This document shows positions 61,745 to 64,000 of a stretch of DNA of 64,000 bases, piece by piece. The translations under genes and the position numbers were made by a program. This stretch comes from Squalus acanthias (taxonomy: Eukaryota): positions 4,340,001 to 4,404,000 of the forward strand of contig CM059433.1 in the NCBI GenBank assembly GCA_030390025.1. The letters are read 5' to 3'. How positions within the stretch are numbered: position 1 is the first letter of the stretch; every line of letters starts with the position of its first letter. The notes below the pieces were generated by a model. The model ran no database searches, had not been told where the DNA came from, and saw nothing but the letters and a program-made list of their open reading frames with translations.

Positions 61745-62030
61745 TAGCAGTCACCAGGAGAAAGGGAGTGCTTGGTCATTGGGGATCTTGCTCGGGGTCC
61801 CCCTTGGTCTGCAGGAGAACGGGAGGAGGACATGAGGCCAGGCAGAGCAGCACCAGCTGCTGCAGGAGAGAGGGGCAGGAGGGCAAGGTGGACTCTGCCC
61901 CCCTGCGGGTACAGGACATCCCTCCTCCTCTGGACCTCCTCCACCTGGACCTCCAGTGCCGCGCCTGAGAACCTGTGCACCCTCTCCCTCGGTCACTGAG
62001 CCTTCCTGAAACCTGCCGCTGCGTCAGAAA
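61745..62030 (-). mobile_element. Harbinger Myb/SANT gene fragment
   Basis: HRFSGAALEVQVEEVQRRRDVLYPQ is homologous to PRFPGNALEVLVQDVERRDILYPQ at 32117. Confidence 0.7.
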
Positions 62031-62036
62031 AATAGT

Positions 62037-62712
62037 TGTACAGAGAGCTGAATTACGAGGTCAGAACACAAAAACAAGCCTTGGAGTGGGCATAGCTAGG
62101 CCTGATAAGGGATGCAGCAAGGAGCTGTAGGATAAACAAGCTGTCTACGAGAGGGCAACAAGACCTTTAGAACAGAGATATGGAGGAAAATGACCTCATG
62201 AGGCTGGGAGGGGGCTGTCATAGGTAGCCTCTCCCTTGTAATTGGACAATGCGATGGGTAAAAATGATTGACACCAGGTATCCACCAGCCCATCGAAATA
62301 AGGTATAAAAATAAAAGACCGAGAGAGGAAATCAGGCAGTTAGGGGCGAAGGCTTCCCCGAGGTGGCTACGGCCTAACACCTTGGTCAAGTTTAGCCTCT
62401 GAGGTGGCTGACGGCCTAACACCTCCAACAGCTCGAGGGATGACCCAACGGAAGTGACCGCTGCCGCAGACTGCAGGAATCCACCCAATTCGAGACCACC
62501 GTACTGCCTCCCCGTCCGTCCGGTTGTTTCATTCCGTTCCAGGGCGGTAGATCGCCCTCATCGGTCACGGGTTGTTGTGTCTACTGTATCTATTTCAATC
62601 GCATGCAGTAATATCAGATTATACTTTAAACTGTAGCTCTTTAATAAAAAGCCTTACAACTCCCAAAGACCCTTTGGGTAATCTGTGTGTGACCGGTGAT
62701 CCAAATCTTACA
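62037..62712 (+). mobile_element. Possible solo LTR
   Basis: tgta...taca ends, TATA-like tataaaa near 62304, aataaa near 62643, internal 22-bp duplication gaggtggct(g)acggcctaacacc. No TSD found. Confidence 0.4.
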
Positions 62713-62734
62713 TTTCTGCAGTGAGGCGTACCAG

Positions 62735-62749
62735 ACACCAGGTGGCGCT
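62735..62749 (+). promoter_or_regulatory. CTCF-motif match
   Basis: acaccaggtggcgct vs core consensus CCASYAGRKGGCRS. Confidence 0.4.
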
Positions 62750-63414
62750 GTACTCAAGTGTTCTCATTACTTCACCTCCGGTGGACAAAACTGGAACTTT
62801 TCTCAGTTTCACACACATTTTGCAGAAAAGTGGAAAAGGCCAGAAACTCCACTCGTTAATTAACTAGTAAAATTCTACTAATCATTTTTTTTTCCCTATC
62901 ACATCAAATCTTTAGTTAATTACGTGCAAATGTACTCCAAACGATTCGCCTTAGTAAACAGAGTACAGCACATTGCACGGATTAGAAAGTCTCTCTGCTC
63001 ATTCCATTGAACTACCAGGGCCATTTCACAATCTCTCCTTTTAAATATTTTGCTTTCTTGTTTTATTTTCACAACTTAATGTAAAGAAGATATTTCATAA
63101 TTTTTTTTTTTAAAAAGCACTTGATTCAAGGTTGTTCGGAAGTTCCCTCAGGCCAGCCAAGTGATAATCTACGAGGACAGTTATAGGGCTTCCATCCGTA
63201 TTACGTGACACACGAAGTAGAAAGACGACACCAGAGGAGTGCTGCGTGATCTTTAGCACATTCAGTGCGTAGGCAATGATCAACAAAACAAATACCAAAT
63301 GTAATTTGGGTAGAGCTTGCTACTATAATTAGTCGCTGGCACTCAGAGGAATGAAACCCTCCCACACGTTCCGCAGCATAGAGTAAGGTTAGGAAAAACA
63401 GGTCAGCTGTCCTA

Positions 63415-64000
63415 GAATCATAGAACAGTGCAGCACAGAAGGAGGCCATTCGGCCCATCGAGTCTGCGCCAGCTCTTTCGAAGAGCGATCCAGTTAGTCC
63501 CAACTCTCCCCCGCTCTTTCCTCACATCCCTGTTTTCTCCTTCAAGTATTTATCTAATTCACTTTTGAAGGCTACTATTGAATCTTCCACCACCCTATCA
63601 GGCAGTGCCTTCCAATTCCTAACCACGCGCTGCATAAGAAAGTATTTCTTTTGTCAATCACCTTAAATCTGGGCCCTCTGCTTATCGACCCTTCAGCCAT
63701 TGGAAACAGTTTTTCCTTATTTACTTTATTTAAACCCTACATGATTTTAAACAGCTCCATCAAATCTCCTCTTAGCCTTCTCTGTTCCAAGGAGAACAAT
63801 CCCAGCTTCTCCAGTCTATCCATGTAACTGTAATCCCTCATCCCTGGAACCATTCTCGTAAATCTCTTCTGCACCTTCTCCAAAACCTTTATGTCCTTCC
63901 TAAAGTGTGGGGCTCAGAATTGGACACAATACGCCAGCTGGGACCAAACTAGTATTTTATAAAGGTTTAGCATAACTTCCTGGCTTTTGTACTCTCTGCC
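63415..64000 (-). mobile_element. CR1 LINE 3' fragment running off the window end
   Basis: Same subfamily and tail as 55108-56950. Confidence 0.8.

Overview
Eukaryotic (vertebrate) genomic DNA, very probably a cartilaginous fish. That taxon call is an inference from the repeats: HE1/V-SINE-like and SacSINE1/Deu-type SINEs, HER1-type, CR1 and L2 LINEs, and Penelope and Harbinger elements. The only host gene is lipin-1 (LPIN1, Mg2+-dependent phosphatidate phosphatase) on the minus strand. I traced 17 GT-AG coding exons from 54305 down to the stop at 4731. They include the 108-nt lipin-1beta cassette exon, the M-LIP region and an intact C-LIP domain (DIDGT and LGHIL motifs). The N-LIP/NLS exons lie outside the window. 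All junctions are in phase except one (46044->44690), which is 1 nt short. The introns are dense with transposon debris. The most notable structures are: (i) Penelope insertions built as long inverted repeats with 14-15 bp target-site duplications, each arm carrying a minimal hammerhead ribozyme motif, two of which lie sense in the LPIN1 pre-mRNA and bracket the catalytic exons; (ii) a Harbinger-type MITE with a built-in acceptor and several GTAAGT donors; (iii) a still-spliceable three-exon Harbinger Myb/SANT gene antisense inside an intron; (iv) several hairpins and G-rich minisatellites. Most ORFs in the supplied track are LINE fragments or chance ORFs. All coordinates were read by eye and no searches were run.
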